Shown here: positions 9,432 through 18,361 of the stretch, piece after piece
Layout: the number at the start of each line of letters is the position of its first letter
Position numbering within the stretch: the first letter of the stretch is position 1
Source of the DNA: Candidatus Aenigmatarchaeota archaeon
GTDB lineage: Archaea; Aenigmatarchaeota; Aenigmatarchaeia; PWEA01
Direction of reading: 5' to 3'
DNA length: 64,000 nucleotides
NCBI GenBank assembly: GCA_046539305.1
Contig: JBKHHE010000004.1
Coordinates: 606-64,605 of the forward strand
Position numbers and translations under genes: made by a program
The notes under the pieces: model-generated
Told to the model about the DNA's origin: nothing
Databases searched by the model: none
The model's input: the letters and a program-made list of their open reading frames with translations, nothing else

Positions 9432-11309
9432 CTATCCTACGAACTTTGGTCTTCGTGAGAGCTTCCTTGGGAGGGGAAGCGGCTTGTAGGGATAACCTTT
9501 TATCCTTTCTTTTATTTCCGCCAAGAGATCGCTGGCTTTCATTTTGACCTCTTCACCTTTCCTTCTTTTCCTCACTGAAAGCTTTTCTCCTCCCGCCTCC
9601 TTATCACCGACTACAAGCGTATATGGAATCCACTCTGTTTCAGCCCTCCTTATCCTCCAGCCGACGGACTCGTTCCTGTCGTCTACGTCCACTCTTATGT
9701 CTTCATCCTCGAGTTTCTCACATAGTTCCATGCAGTAGTCCATGTGCTTCTCCGGGCTCACAGGGATTATCCTAACTTGGGTGGGTGAAAGCCATAGAGG
9801 AAGGACGGCGTTTTCTCTTCCCTCTCTTATTGCATCCTCAAGCAGGAAGGTCAGCGTCCTCTCTATAGAGCCGAAAGTGGAGCAGTGAAGTATGGTGCAC
9901 GGGTGTTCCTTGTTATCCTTTCCGGTATAAGTTATATTGAACCTCTCGCCGTTCACCAGGTCCATCTGAACCGTGGATATCTGCGTCTCCATCCCGTTGG
10001 GATGGATACCTTCGAAGTCCAGTTTCATGGAGTAGTAATGGGTCCTCTCGTCTGAGAGCTGGACTATTGCGGGAACTCCCAGTTCCTTTGTCAACTCCTT
10101 CATCCATTCTTTATTCTCCTTCCAGTATTCTTTCGTTCCCTCCCAGTCCAGGACCCAGTCACCCTTGCTTATTATAGACTCCATGATGTCCTTGCAGATG
10201 TGCGCGAGCTCCTCGAACTCTTCCTTCGCCCCTTCTTCGTCGGCGGTGAATACATGGTTGTCCGTCATTGTAAAGTTTCTTACTCTGCGCAGTCCGGTCA
10301 GCTCGCCCTTCTGTTCCTTCCTGAAGCAGAAGGCCTCCTCATACTGTTTCAGTGGGAGGTTCTTGTAGCTTATGCCCAGGTTCTGGGCATATGGGAACTG
10401 ACCAGGGTCGGAGGCAGGCCTCATTGCGAGCTTGGTCCCGTCTTCGTCCCAGGAGTATATCTTCTCCTGGAACTCGCCCATCAGCTTGTTTATCCTCTCA
10501 TCATTCAGTCTGTACATTAGAGGGTTCTGTATCTTGTAGGCTCCGTAGTCCCTGACCAAATCGTCTTGGTAGTCCAGGATAAGTTCTCTGATAAGGACGC
10601 CCTTGGGATGCCACTTCATATGTCCAGAATCGCTCACGTTGCAGTAATCCACCAGCGCCAGGTCTCTCATTATCTCTATATGCGGGGGTTCGTCCCTATC
10701 CTCGGATTCGGCTATCTCACACTCTACGAATCTTTTAAGGTTTTTCCAGGCGCGCTCGTCCCTGTTCAGAAGTTCGTTTTCTCGCCAATCTTTCCTGGTT
10801 ATCTCGTGCTCATTTCCTTCAGTATCTATCATGAAGAAGGTAGAGAACTCTTCACCTTCCTTCCTTTCCTTTGCAGGACCTCCTCCTTCTCCGCTAGGCC
10901 TCACTTCCCTGCTCAGCTCCGAGAGCGGATGTCCCTTCACGTGGATCTCGAACTCCTTGTACCAGCCGAAGGGCGCCCTCGTGACCTCGAAGTCTCCTTC
11001 CAACCCCTCCTCCAGCATCTCCTGACTCTTCCTGGCTTCGTCCAAGCCTCCCGGCTTGGAAGTTAGATGCACCCAGGGGTATATGACAACCTTTTCCGTG
11101 TCCACCTGGTCTATCACGTCCCTTATCTCCTCTCCGGCTCTTTCAACGACGTGGTCGAGGTCCTCTCCATCGCCTTCCTCCAGGGCGTTGAAAACCACGA
11201 GGCACTTCTCCACCCTCCTCTTCCCGTCTTCGTACTCCTCCGCACTGTCTACAGCCTTCTTGTGCGGCTCGAACTCCAGGTGGCTCGAATGCAGCAGCAA
11301 CAACTTCAT
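9432..11309 (-). CDS. thrS: threonyl-tRNA synthetase, archaeal type with N-terminal editing domain
   Basis: 625 aa. N-terminus MKLLLLHSSHLEFEP is typical of the archaeal ThrRS editing domain. Class II core and C-terminal anticodon-binding domain present. Confidence 0.9.
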   Translation of the reverse strand: MKLLLLHSSHLEFEPHKKAVDSAEEYEDGKRRVEKCLVVFNALEEGDGEDLDHVVERAGEEIRDVIDQVDTEKVVIYPWVHLTSKPGGLDEARKSQEMLEEGLEGDFEVTRAPFGWYKEFEIHVKGHPLSELSREVRPSGEGGGPAKERKEGEEFSTFFMIDTEGNEHEITRKDWRENELLNRDERAWKNLKRFVECEIAESEDRDEPPHIEIMRDLALVDYCNVSDSGHMKWHPKGVLIRELILDYQDDLVRDYGAYKIQNPLMYRLNDERINKLMGEFQEKIYSWDEDGTKLAMRPASDPGQFPYAQNLGISYKNLPLKQYEEAFCFRKEQKGELTGLRRVRNFTMTDNHVFTADEEGAKEEFEELAHICKDIMESIISKGDWVLDWEGTKEYWKENKEWMKELTKELGVPAIVQLSDERTHYYSMKLDFEGIHPNGMETQISTVQMDLVNGERFNITYTGKDNKEHPCTILHCSTFGSIERTLTFLLEDAIREGRENAVLPLWLSPTQVRIIPVSPEKHMDYCMELCEKLEDEDIRVDVDDRNESVGWRIRRAETEWIPYTLVVGDKEAGGEKLSVRKRRKGEEVKMKASDLLAEIKERIKGYPYKPLPLPRKLSRRPKFVG

Positions 11310-11509
11310 ATAAACAACCCCTTATACTGAGGTTCGAGAAGGTTTATAATTCTTATGCATTTCCGTCTAGAAAAGGTCTTCTCAGGCTGTAAAACGTCCA
11401 CCGGACCGGTGCCTCATCTCCCATCACTGAATTTATATTTTTGATTGGAACTTAAATAATTTCCCCTGATTGGTGGATAGGTCGGAGACAATGCCTAACA
11501 TTTAAATAG

Positions 11510-11518
11510 TAGTTACTA
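11510..11518. promoter_or_regulatory. palindromic TAGTTACTA site between the TATA box and the start of gene 11532
   Basis: TAGT-N-ACTA inverted repeat directly after CATTTAAATAG. The same arrangement occurs at 60634..60642. Confidence 0.4.
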
Positions 11519-11531
11519 TAAAGTAATAAAT

Positions 11532-12116
11532 ATGAAGCAAGAGAATCCAGACCTTCTTAAAAGGGGCATGAAGCTACCCTCCAAAGGTACCGGACATACT
11601 CTGGAGATTGGCGGATTTGATGGAGAGTTCCGGGATTTTTACCAAGAATTTTCTGAGTATGTAGAAAGGAAGACTGGGAAGGAATTGCCTGAAGATATTC
11701 TTGAAAGGAAAAAAGAGATTCAAGAAATGCCTGACGGCAAAAAAGCGGGGCTTGCCTGCCGTTTCGTAAACGAAAAAATAGATTATGATCTGAACTATGT
11801 TAATGGAAAGGATATCATCAGTACTTCTGAGGTTATAGAAAGGGGTCGGGGGGTTTGTAAAGAATATGCTGCGACTCTAAAGATGCTTTATCAGATGATG
11901 GGTGTAGAGTCGGAATACGTAAGAGGCAGGATGCCCAATGGAAATGGTGACAGAGAGGGGCACGCTGTAGTTAAGGCACACCTTGATGACTATCCTGCAT
12001 CCGACGAAGTACTTGCTGATCCTACGAACGGAAGATTCGGCAAATACGAAAGTGTTTCAGAGCGCATGGACTTTGAAGAAGGAACCAGCCTTGTGAAATA
12101 TCCCAACAATTCCTAG
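11532..12116 (+). CDS. transglutaminase-like cysteine protease-fold protein
   Basis: GVCKEYA (Cys), GHAVVKA (His) and a downstream Asp give a transglutaminase-core-like triad. Confidence 0.6.
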   Translation: MKQENPDLLKRGMKLPSKGTGHTLEIGGFDGEFRDFYQEFSEYVERKTGKELPEDILERKKEIQEMPDGKKAGLACRFVNEKIDYDLNYVNGKDIISTSEVIERGRGVCKEYAATLKMLYQMMGVESEYVRGRMPNGNGDREGHAVVKAHLDDYPASDEVLADPTNGRFGKYESVSERMDFEEGTSLVKYPNNS

Positions 12117-12123
12117 CCTTATT

Positions 12124-12573
12124 TTACTCTTCATTTAGGTAGAGCGCTTTCTCTTTGAAGTCCCTCGGAGCGTCCTGGATCAGCCTAAGCTTCAGCTCAT
12201 GGGGGAGTATCGTGTAGTCCTCCAAATCGTCTACGGGCACGAACCTCGCGTCCTTGAGAATCTCTTTCCCGTCCTCTGCCTCTGGGTCCTCGCCCAGCTC
12301 TACCTCCCCACCTTCGTACTCGCACAGGAAGAAGAACTCCATATGGTGCTTCGTCCCGCCGAAGAAGTCGTGGTAGTACACCGGCCTCTTTACACTCACG
12401 TCCACGTCCGTCTCCTCCTTGACTTCCCTGGCAACGGCTTTGTGTATCCTTTCTTCGGGCTCCACGGCTCCGCCGGGTGGTATCCAGTAGGACATGTTGC
12501 CCTGCTCGTGCTTCACAAGAAGAAGCGAGTTCTTCTTCGGCACTATGGCTGCGGCGCGAGGTATAAGTTCCAT
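12124..12573 (-). CDS. NUDIX hydrolase
   Basis: Nudix box GGAVEPEERIHKAVAREVKEETDV. Confidence 0.85.
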   Translation of the reverse strand: MELIPRAAAIVPKKNSLLLVKHEQGNMSYWIPPGGAVEPEERIHKAVAREVKEETDVDVSVKRPVYYHDFFGGTKHHMEFFFLCEYEGGEVELGEDPEAEDGKEILKDARFVPVDDLEDYTILPHELKLRLIQDAPRDFKEKALYLNEE

Positions 12574-12596
12574 GTTTCAAACAAGCCCTTCTTCAG

Positions 12597-12611
12597 TTAA
12601 ATATTTTTAAG
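12597..12611. promoter_or_regulatory. shared AT-rich TATA element (TTAAATATTTTTAAG)
   Basis: Lies about 30 nt from the NUDIX ATG (12573, minus strand) and about 30 nt upstream of tRNA-Gln position 1 (12637, plus strand). Confidence 0.45.
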
Positions 12612-12636
12612 CCTTACAAAGAAGATTGTTACGGGT

Positions 12637-12891
12637 AGCCCGGTAGTCTAGCCACCTTTTACTCGCTTTTTGGGAACCTGGTTCCCAGACTTGGAAGCTT
12701 GCGCTTCCAAGACGCTCGCAAAACGTGGGCGAAAAGTAAGGTGGGGCAACGGTCAAGGATGTCGGGTTTTGGACACCGCTCGTCCAAAACGTTGAGGCGA
12801 CGATGAGAAAAACCCGGCGACCCAGGTTCGAAGGAAACCTTTAGAAAAGGTTTCATCCAAACTAAGGGTTCCGGAAATCCTGGCCGGGCTA
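12637..12891 (+). tRNA. tRNA-Gln(UUG) with three introns (12652..12749, 12773..12811, 12833..12877); CCA not encoded
   Basis: Hand fold: the spliced 73-nt product is a canonical cloverleaf. It has the A1:U72 pair, A73, U8, A14, G18G19, U33, anticodon UUG and T-loop UUCGAAU. All three insertions sit in bulge-helix-bulge geometry. Confidence 0.82.
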
Positions 12892-13009
12892 TCCCTTATT
12901 TCCTTTAAGTTTTCAAGGCGTGCCGATTTAATCCAGGGTCAAAAATTTCGTGAAGTTTAACAGCTCTATCGTTTTTAACTTTATAAAACTCTGGAGAGAA
13001 GTTTAACAC

Positions 13010-13237
13010 ATGGACTTCGAGGACTTCATGAACTGGTTGAAGGGCGAAAACAGAAGAGAGATGGTGGAAAACTTCTCCTACCTGCTGATAGTGGTTGCCG
13101 CCGTTTTGACTGTGATTGGTCTCGGAGCTGGGACGTTCGTTTCAGGACTACCGGTTCTGATGGCGATAATCGGGGCCTTCCTGGCTCTGGTTGGAATAGT
13201 CCTCTACATAGTTTCGGAGTTCCTCAGGATTCTCTAG
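13010..13237 (+). CDS. small membrane protein (2 TM)
   Basis: 75 aa with two hydrophobic helices. TATA-like TTTATAAAAC upstream. Confidence 0.5.
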   Translation: MDFEDFMNWLKGENRREMVENFSYLLIVVAAVLTVIGLGAGTFVSGLPVLMAIIGAFLALVGIVLYIVSEFLRIL

Positions 13238-13250
13238 AAAGGGTACCACG

Positions 13251-13688
13251 TTAATAGAGCCCTTCAAGGTACTCTTCGATTTCCTCTAATCTCTCTTTTC
13301 CGACCCCCGAAGGAAGCTCCCCTCTGGTGAGTGAGTCGCGCAGCAGCAGGACGTTCGTGAAACTTTTCCCTTCGGTGAATTCAAGTTCTTCTCTGTTGAT
13401 AAGGCGGAGCGGTTTCTCGGCCATGGTGACCATGCCCAGATCGTGCAAGCTCCCCCTACTCTTTTCGTTCCAGTATACGTGGACCTCGTCAGCCCTTTTC
13501 AACCCCTCCTTGTTTTCAAGGCAGATATTCAGGCCGTAGGGGTCGCTTTGATCCGTGTCCTCGGGAGGATAATACACCTCATGGCCCGTCTCCTCCAGAC
13601 TTTCCTTGTAGCTTTCTATCTCCTTCTTTTCCTCCTCGGAGAGATCCCTGACGGGACAGACGAGAAAGATATTTTTACCCTCGGCCAT
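13251..13688 (-). CDS. hypothetical protein, possibly nucleoside 2-deoxyribosyltransferase-like fold
   Basis: 145 aa. N-terminal IFLVCPVR beta-strand/loop, then ADEVHVYW...GSLHDLGM. The family assignment is from memory only. Confidence 0.35.
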   Translation of the reverse strand: MAEGKNIFLVCPVRDLSEEEKKEIESYKESLEETGHEVYYPPEDTDQSDPYGLNICLENKEGLKRADEVHVYWNEKSRGSLHDLGMVTMAEKPLRLINREELEFTEGKSFTNVLLLRDSLTRGELPSGVGKERLEEIEEYLEGLY

Positions 13689-13757
13689 GTCTCTAGACTC
13701 TGTGGAAAACTTTAAATACCTTTAGCCTGAAAAATTGTGCGTTGAACCTGTGATACG

Positions 13758-14210
13758 ATGGCACGGATGTATTCGAGGAAACACGGAAAGTCCGGCTCCA
13801 CCAGGCCCGCCAGAGACGAGCCACCCGAGTGGGTGGAGATGGACCTTGAAGAAATAGAACAGAAGGTCGTGGAGCTGGCCGATGAAGGTATAGAACCGTC
13901 TGAGATAGGCGAAGTTCTCAGGGACCGGTACGGTGTTCCCTCCGTCAAGGACTTCGGGAAGAGCGTGACCGAGATTCTGGAGGAGAACAATGTGGAACCC
14001 GAGATTCCCGAGGACCTGAGAAACCTGGTGAAGAAGGCCAGAAAGATAAGGGAGCATCTTGGAGATCAGCCCAGGGACGCATCCGCTATCCACGGCCTGG
14101 AGCAGACTGAATCCAAGATAAGGAGGCTTGCGAAGTACTACAAGAAGGAAGGAAAGATTCCACAGGACTGGGAACACGAGACCAAGGAAGAGTTCCACAA
14201 GAGGGAGTAG
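13758..14210 (+). CDS. rps15: 30S ribosomal protein S15 (uS15)
   Basis: MARMYSRKHGKSGSTRP N-terminus and archaeal S15 length. Confidence 0.9.
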   Translation: MARMYSRKHGKSGSTRPARDEPPEWVEMDLEEIEQKVVELADEGIEPSEIGEVLRDRYGVPSVKDFGKSVTEILEENNVEPEIPEDLRNLVKKARKIREHLGDQPRDASAIHGLEQTESKIRRLAKYYKKEGKIPQDWEHETKEEFHKRE

Positions 14211-14230
14211 TTTTTCTTTTAGGGATAGAT

Positions 14231-15592
14231 ATGAAGATACCTGGAGAGCTTGAGGAGCTGTTAGAGGAATCAAGGGAGAAGTTTCAGGAGATGGAAAAGG
14301 TCAGAATAGTCTCACATTACGACGCCGACGGTATTTCTTCCGCTGCTATTGCTCTGGCCGCTGCTCTGCGGGAAGGAAAGAAGGTCCACCATACCGTGGT
14401 CAAGCAGCTGCGTCCTGAAACCATGGAGAGGTTCGAGCACGAGGAGAACCTCCTCTTCACGGACCTGGGCTCCGGCCACCTATCCTTGATCAATGAGCTG
14501 GACTCGGAGAACATGATAGTTCTGGATCACCATCACCTGTCAGGAGAGCTGGAAAACGGAGTCCACGTGAATCCTCACCTTGCGGGGATGGAGGAGGATA
14601 CGGTCTCGGGGGCTGGCGTGACCTACCTTTTTGCCCGGACATTAGATGAGGACAACGTAGACCTTTCCTCGCTTGCAGTCGTCGGCGCTATAGGCGACAT
14701 ACAGGAAGAGAACTGGAGGATGAAGGGGCTAAACGAAAAAATAATGGAGGAGGCCGTAGAGGTCGGTGTCCTGGAAAAAGGTGAAGGACTGCGTCTATTC
14801 GGGAGGCTTTCCAGGCCTGTACACAAGGCACTTGAGTACACCACGAACCCCTATATACCTGAGGTCTCCGAGAGCGAGTCCGGCGCGGTGCAGTTTCTGT
14901 CGAGCCTGGACATAGATCTCAAGAACGGCGATGGCTCCTGGAAAAAACTCGTCGACCTGAGTGAGGATGAGAAGAAAGAGCTCGCCTCGGCGATAGTCAA
15001 GAAGAGAGCGAGGAACGGCGTGGACGATGCAGGAGAGATATTCGGAAGTACCTATACACTCCCGCGATTTGACGGAAGGTTCAGAGATGCAAGGGAGCTG
15101 TCTACAGCGCTAAACGCCTGTGGCAGGATGGAGCGGGCCGACGTAGGTATTCTTGCGTGTCTGGGCAGTGCTCGTGCAAAGGAGAAGTTGGAGCAGGTAG
15201 TCCAGGGGTACAGAAAAACTCTTGGGAAACTTATAAGCATGGTCAGAGGGAACGAAGATATGCTTGAAGAAAGGTCTGGTTTTAATCTCCTAGACGGCAC
15301 TGAAGAGATACCGGAGAACTTCGTTGGTACTATATGCTCGATTCTCCAGTCCGATCTTTCCCCGGACAAGATGCTAGTAGGGCTTGCGGAGTCCGAAAAC
15401 GAGAGGTTGAAGGTCTCGATAAGGGCCCCCGACGACTCGGAGATCAAAGTCAATGAAGTAATTGAGGGTGTTTCCGAGGAGATGGATATCGAGGGTGGGG
15501 GACATGAAAAAGCCGGGGGAGCCTACATTCATATGGAGCACAGGGGGGAGTTCCTCGAGGCTCTGGAAAGGGAACTTTCCGGTTCTCCGTGA
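14231..15592 (+). CDS. DHH-family phosphoesterase, archaeal RecJ/GAN-like
   Basis: DHH motifs HYDADGISS, LDHHH and GGGHEKAGG. Confidence 0.8.
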   Translation: MKIPGELEELLEESREKFQEMEKVRIVSHYDADGISSAAIALAAALREGKKVHHTVVKQLRPETMERFEHEENLLFTDLGSGHLSLINELDSENMIVLDHHHLSGELENGVHVNPHLAGMEEDTVSGAGVTYLFARTLDEDNVDLSSLAVVGAIGDIQEENWRMKGLNEKIMEEAVEVGVLEKGEGLRLFGRLSRPVHKALEYTTNPYIPEVSESESGAVQFLSSLDIDLKNGDGSWKKLVDLSEDEKKELASAIVKKRARNGVDDAGEIFGSTYTLPRFDGRFRDARELSTALNACGRMERADVGILACLGSARAKEKLEQVVQGYRKTLGKLISMVRGNEDMLEERSGFNLLDGTEEIPENFVGTICSILQSDLSPDKMLVGLAESENERLKVSIRAPDDSEIKVNEVIEGVSEEMDIEGGGHEKAGGAYIHMEHRGEFLEALERELSGSP

Positions 15593-15641
15593 TTCTCTGT
15601 AAATCTTTTTAAATGTTAACCCAAAAGTATGTGAGGAAACT

Positions 15642-16202
15642 ATGTCGAAGAGCAGCCAGTTAAAAGGGAAGAAATGGTACACTTTGAAGGCACCGGAGAT
15701 GTTCGGGGGCAAGGAAATTGGCGAGGCTCCCGCACAGACCGATGAGGAGTTAAGAGGGAAGACCGTTTCTCTCGGGGCCACGGAACTACATGGAAGCTCG
15801 AACAAGTACTACTTCAAGATAAATCTAAGAGTTGACAAGGTGGAGGGCGATACGGCCAGGTGCAAGTTCATAGGCCACGATTGTTCCAGAGATTTCATAA
15901 CTAGAATTGTTCGGAAGGGCAGCAAGAGGGTAGACGAAATAACTGAGGTAGAGACCAGTGATGGCGTAGAAATGAGAGTTAAAACTATATGTGCAACCAT
16001 AAAATCCGTGGGAGCTTCTACGCAGACCGCGATTAGGAAGAAGATCGACGAAATTTTGGAAGAGCAGGCTTCCCAAATGAGTTGCGAGGATTTTTTCAAG
16101 GACATTTTAATGGACAGGCTCCAGAAAAAGGTAAAAAAGAAAGTGGACAAGATATATCCGCTTCGCGAGATAGAGTTCAGGAAGACGGAAGTAGTCGAAT
16201 AA
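15642..16202 (+). CDS. rps3ae: 30S ribosomal protein S3Ae (eS1)
   Basis: KGKKWYTLKAPEMFG signature, 186 aa. Confidence 0.9.
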   Translation: MSKSSQLKGKKWYTLKAPEMFGGKEIGEAPAQTDEELRGKTVSLGATELHGSSNKYYFKINLRVDKVEGDTARCKFIGHDCSRDFITRIVRKGSKRVDEITEVETSDGVEMRVKTICATIKSVGASTQTAIRKKIDEILEEQASQMSCEDFFKDILMDRLQKKVKKKVDKIYPLREIEFRKTEVVE

Positions 16203-16291
16203 ATCCACGATTAAGTTTAGTTCTTTTAGAATTCTTATTCCACTTGGGAAGGTGCTTAGTATAATTTAAGTGTTGGGGATAAAACATAAAC

Positions 16292-16678
16292 ATGTCGGGA
16301 GAAGGTTCCTACGATCCCTGGTATGAGGCAGTTTATTCGGGAGAAGATCCTGAGATAGTTCCTGAAATTTACTCGCCCGGGGACATGGTCAGGAACCTGG
16401 TCAAAAACTATCTGGACCTGAAGAGGTACCATGGACCTTGCTCCGATTTCAAGAAGGAAAACTTTACCGAATACTACATATCCAGGGACAAGAGAGTCTT
16501 GCTTAGGTTGTCTGATAAGGGGCGTCCGGCCGTAAGAACAGAAGAGTTAACGGTCGAGTTTGACAGCCTGGAGTCCTTTCTGTCAAAAATAAACAAAGGT
16601 ATGATGAGAGATATTAGAAATGGGGAGTTAGATAACCTGGATATAAGTGAGATGGCTCTGAATAAAACACAGGAATAG
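16292..16678 (+). CDS. hypothetical protein
   Basis: 128-aa ORF with the proteome-typical acidic composition. No recognised motif. Confidence 0.5.
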   Translation: MSGEGSYDPWYEAVYSGEDPEIVPEIYSPGDMVRNLVKNYLDLKRYHGPCSDFKKENFTEYYISRDKRVLLRLSDKGRPAVRTEELTVEFDSLESFLSKINKGMMRDIRNGELDNLDISEMALNKTQE

Positions 16679-16743
16679 ACGTTTCTACAGTCCGGTAAAT
16701 TTTTTAAAGGTCGAAATCAACTTTCTTTAGGTGGTGATAAATA

Positions 16744-17040
16744 ATGAGCGCTGCAGCTAAACTCGTGCTTGGCGTTATTTTAGTTTTGGTAGGCCTCTGG
16801 CTCCTGCTACCGGCGGGCGCCGTAGAGAACGTAAAGCCCGAAGAAGGAGTATCCGCCGAACTGGACTGGTGGAAACCCTTCAAGACAGTTGTTACGGGTA
16901 TGATTCCGCCCGTTCTGATAGTGATTGGGGCCCTGGTGGTCTGGATCGAGGCCGAAGAGATGAAGGCGCCTGAAGTCCCTGAGATCGAAGAGGACTTCGA
17001 CATCGAGGAAGAAGTTGAAAAGGAAGGCGAAGAGGAGTAA
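16744..17040 (+). CDS. small membrane protein with acidic C-terminal tail
   Basis: Two TM helices followed by an EEDFDIEEEVEKEGEEE tail. Confidence 0.5.
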   Translation: MSAAAKLVLGVILVLVGLWLLLPAGAVENVKPEEGVSAELDWWKPFKTVVTGMIPPVLIVIGALVVWIEAEEMKAPEVPEIEEDFDIEEEVEKEGEEE

Positions 17041-17062
17041 ACCCCTCCGTATTTTTTATTTT

Positions 17063-18244
17063 TCAGGTTAGGATTTTTATAATGTCGCCGTTCTCTAGAG
17101 TGTGGTCTGCACCTATTTTTCTTCCGGAGCGACAGTCAACCGCTCCTATAAATTCTTCGCCTATGTCGCTGTGGACTTCGTACGCTAAATCCTCCGCTGT
17201 GGAGCCTCTTTCTAGGAGAACGGCATCGGGGAGCACATTCCCCTTCTTGTCGGTGTAGTTGTTCTCGTTTTCTACAGGATAGACCACGATCATGTCCAGA
17301 AGGTCGAAAACAGCCCTGTTCAGGACTTCCTGGATGCCTGTGGAACCGTATTCCTCCAGTATTTTTTCAGCGAACTCCAGTGCCTTGGCCTGCTCCTGAG
17401 AAAGACCCTCTTCCTCCAGTACCTCAAAGCTATCCACACCGGGCACGTATCTGACCTTGCTCTGATTAGATGCCTTCCGCAGCGCGAGCTCAACCTCGGC
17501 ACAGCACGGGATCACATCCATCTCCGTTTTTGACTCGACTTCCTTCAGCTTTTCCTCCGCACCTTCTAGATCTATCTTGTTTGCGGCCACTATCATCGGT
17601 TTTGTCCTTTTTCTCAGCTCCGTCGCAAAACTTTCGATAGCCCTTTCGCTCCAGTTTCCGGGACTGTTCGCGTCCAGTTCCAGCTTGTTCACAACTTTCC
17701 TTATATCTTCTCTGTCTATTTTCAGGCCGGAGAAGCGCGACAGCAGCTGTTCTTCGAAGTCCTTGTCCTCCATCTCCACGCTCGAGGAAAACTTCTTCCA
17801 CTCCCGTTTGAAGATGTCCTTGTACCAGAAGTCCAGTTCTTTCTCCAGAAACTCTATGTTTTCGTAGGGATCGTAGCCCTCTGTTGGCTCGCCTTCCGCA
17901 TCCGTCCTTCCGGAAACGTCCAGGACGTGTATCAGGACGTCCGCCTCCCGAAGGTCGTCCAGAAACTGGTTCCCCAGACCCCGACCCTCGTGTGCGTCAG
18001 GGACCAGCCCAGCGACGTCGAGCATCTTCACGGGAACGAACCTCGTGCCGTCCACGCACTTTCCGTTTGGGTCGCAGGAAACGTTCAACTCCTCGCACGG
18101 GCAGGGAACTGTGACATATCCTACGCCACGGTTCGCCTCTATCGTGGTGAAAGGATAGCTATTTATCTCCACGTCCGCGAGCGTGACCGCCTTCATGAAG
18201 GTGCTCTTTCCGGTGTTCGGCGCGCCCACAAGCCCGACCTGCAT
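17063..18244 (-). CDS. Obg/YchF/DRG-family GTPase with C-terminal TGS domain
   Basis: Start moved to MQVGLVGAPNTGKST (P-loop). DVAGLV G3 motif, NKID G4 motif, and a TGS-like C-terminus. Confidence 0.8.
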   Translation of the reverse strand: MQVGLVGAPNTGKSTFMKAVTLADVEINSYPFTTIEANRGVGYVTVPCPCEELNVSCDPNGKCVDGTRFVPVKMLDVAGLVPDAHEGRGLGNQFLDDLREADVLIHVLDVSGRTDAEGEPTEGYDPYENIEFLEKELDFWYKDIFKREWKKFSSSVEMEDKDFEEQLLSRFSGLKIDREDIRKVVNKLELDANSPGNWSERAIESFATELRKRTKPMIVAANKIDLEGAEEKLKEVESKTEMDVIPCCAEVELALRKASNQSKVRYVPGVDSFEVLEEEGLSQEQAKALEFAEKILEEYGSTGIQEVLNRAVFDLLDMIVVYPVENENNYTDKKGNVLPDAVLLERGSTAEDLAYEVHSDIGEEFIGAVDCRSGRKIGADHTLENGDIIKILT

Positions 18245-18361
18245 GGTTAAGATTTTTAAGAGGAGGTATATAAAATCATGAGGAGTTAAAACTCGCGATG
18301 GACTTGTAACTTTAAAAGTCTTGGAACTCAATACATATAGGATTTCAAGGACTGTGATACA

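Noticed and set aside
11353-11425. C/D-box sRNA-like arrangement on the minus strand: GUGAUGG...CUGA 46 nt apart, with a central CACCGG-UC-CGGUG hairpin.
   Set aside because: The C box is imperfect, no recognisable D' or C' boxes are present, and there is no terminal stem. The box spacing is only approximate.
12659-12856. 65-aa minus-strand ORF from the track.
   Set aside because: It lies entirely inside the tRNA-Gln introns and exons, and it has no promoter or ribosome-binding site.
12634-12895. A roughly 260-nt RNA closed by an 11-bp terminal helix (GGG-A-UAGCCCGG / CCGGGCUACCC). First considered as SRP (7S) RNA because of its size, the terminal helix, and CAGGUUCGAAGGAAAC resembling the helix-8 sequence CAGGUCCGGAAGGAAGC.
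   Set aside because: No AGCA symmetric-loop motif and no UGUAA U-turn. The same nucleotides resolve cleanly into a three-intron tRNA-Gln, and the helix-8 look-alike is the T-arm plus the intron start.
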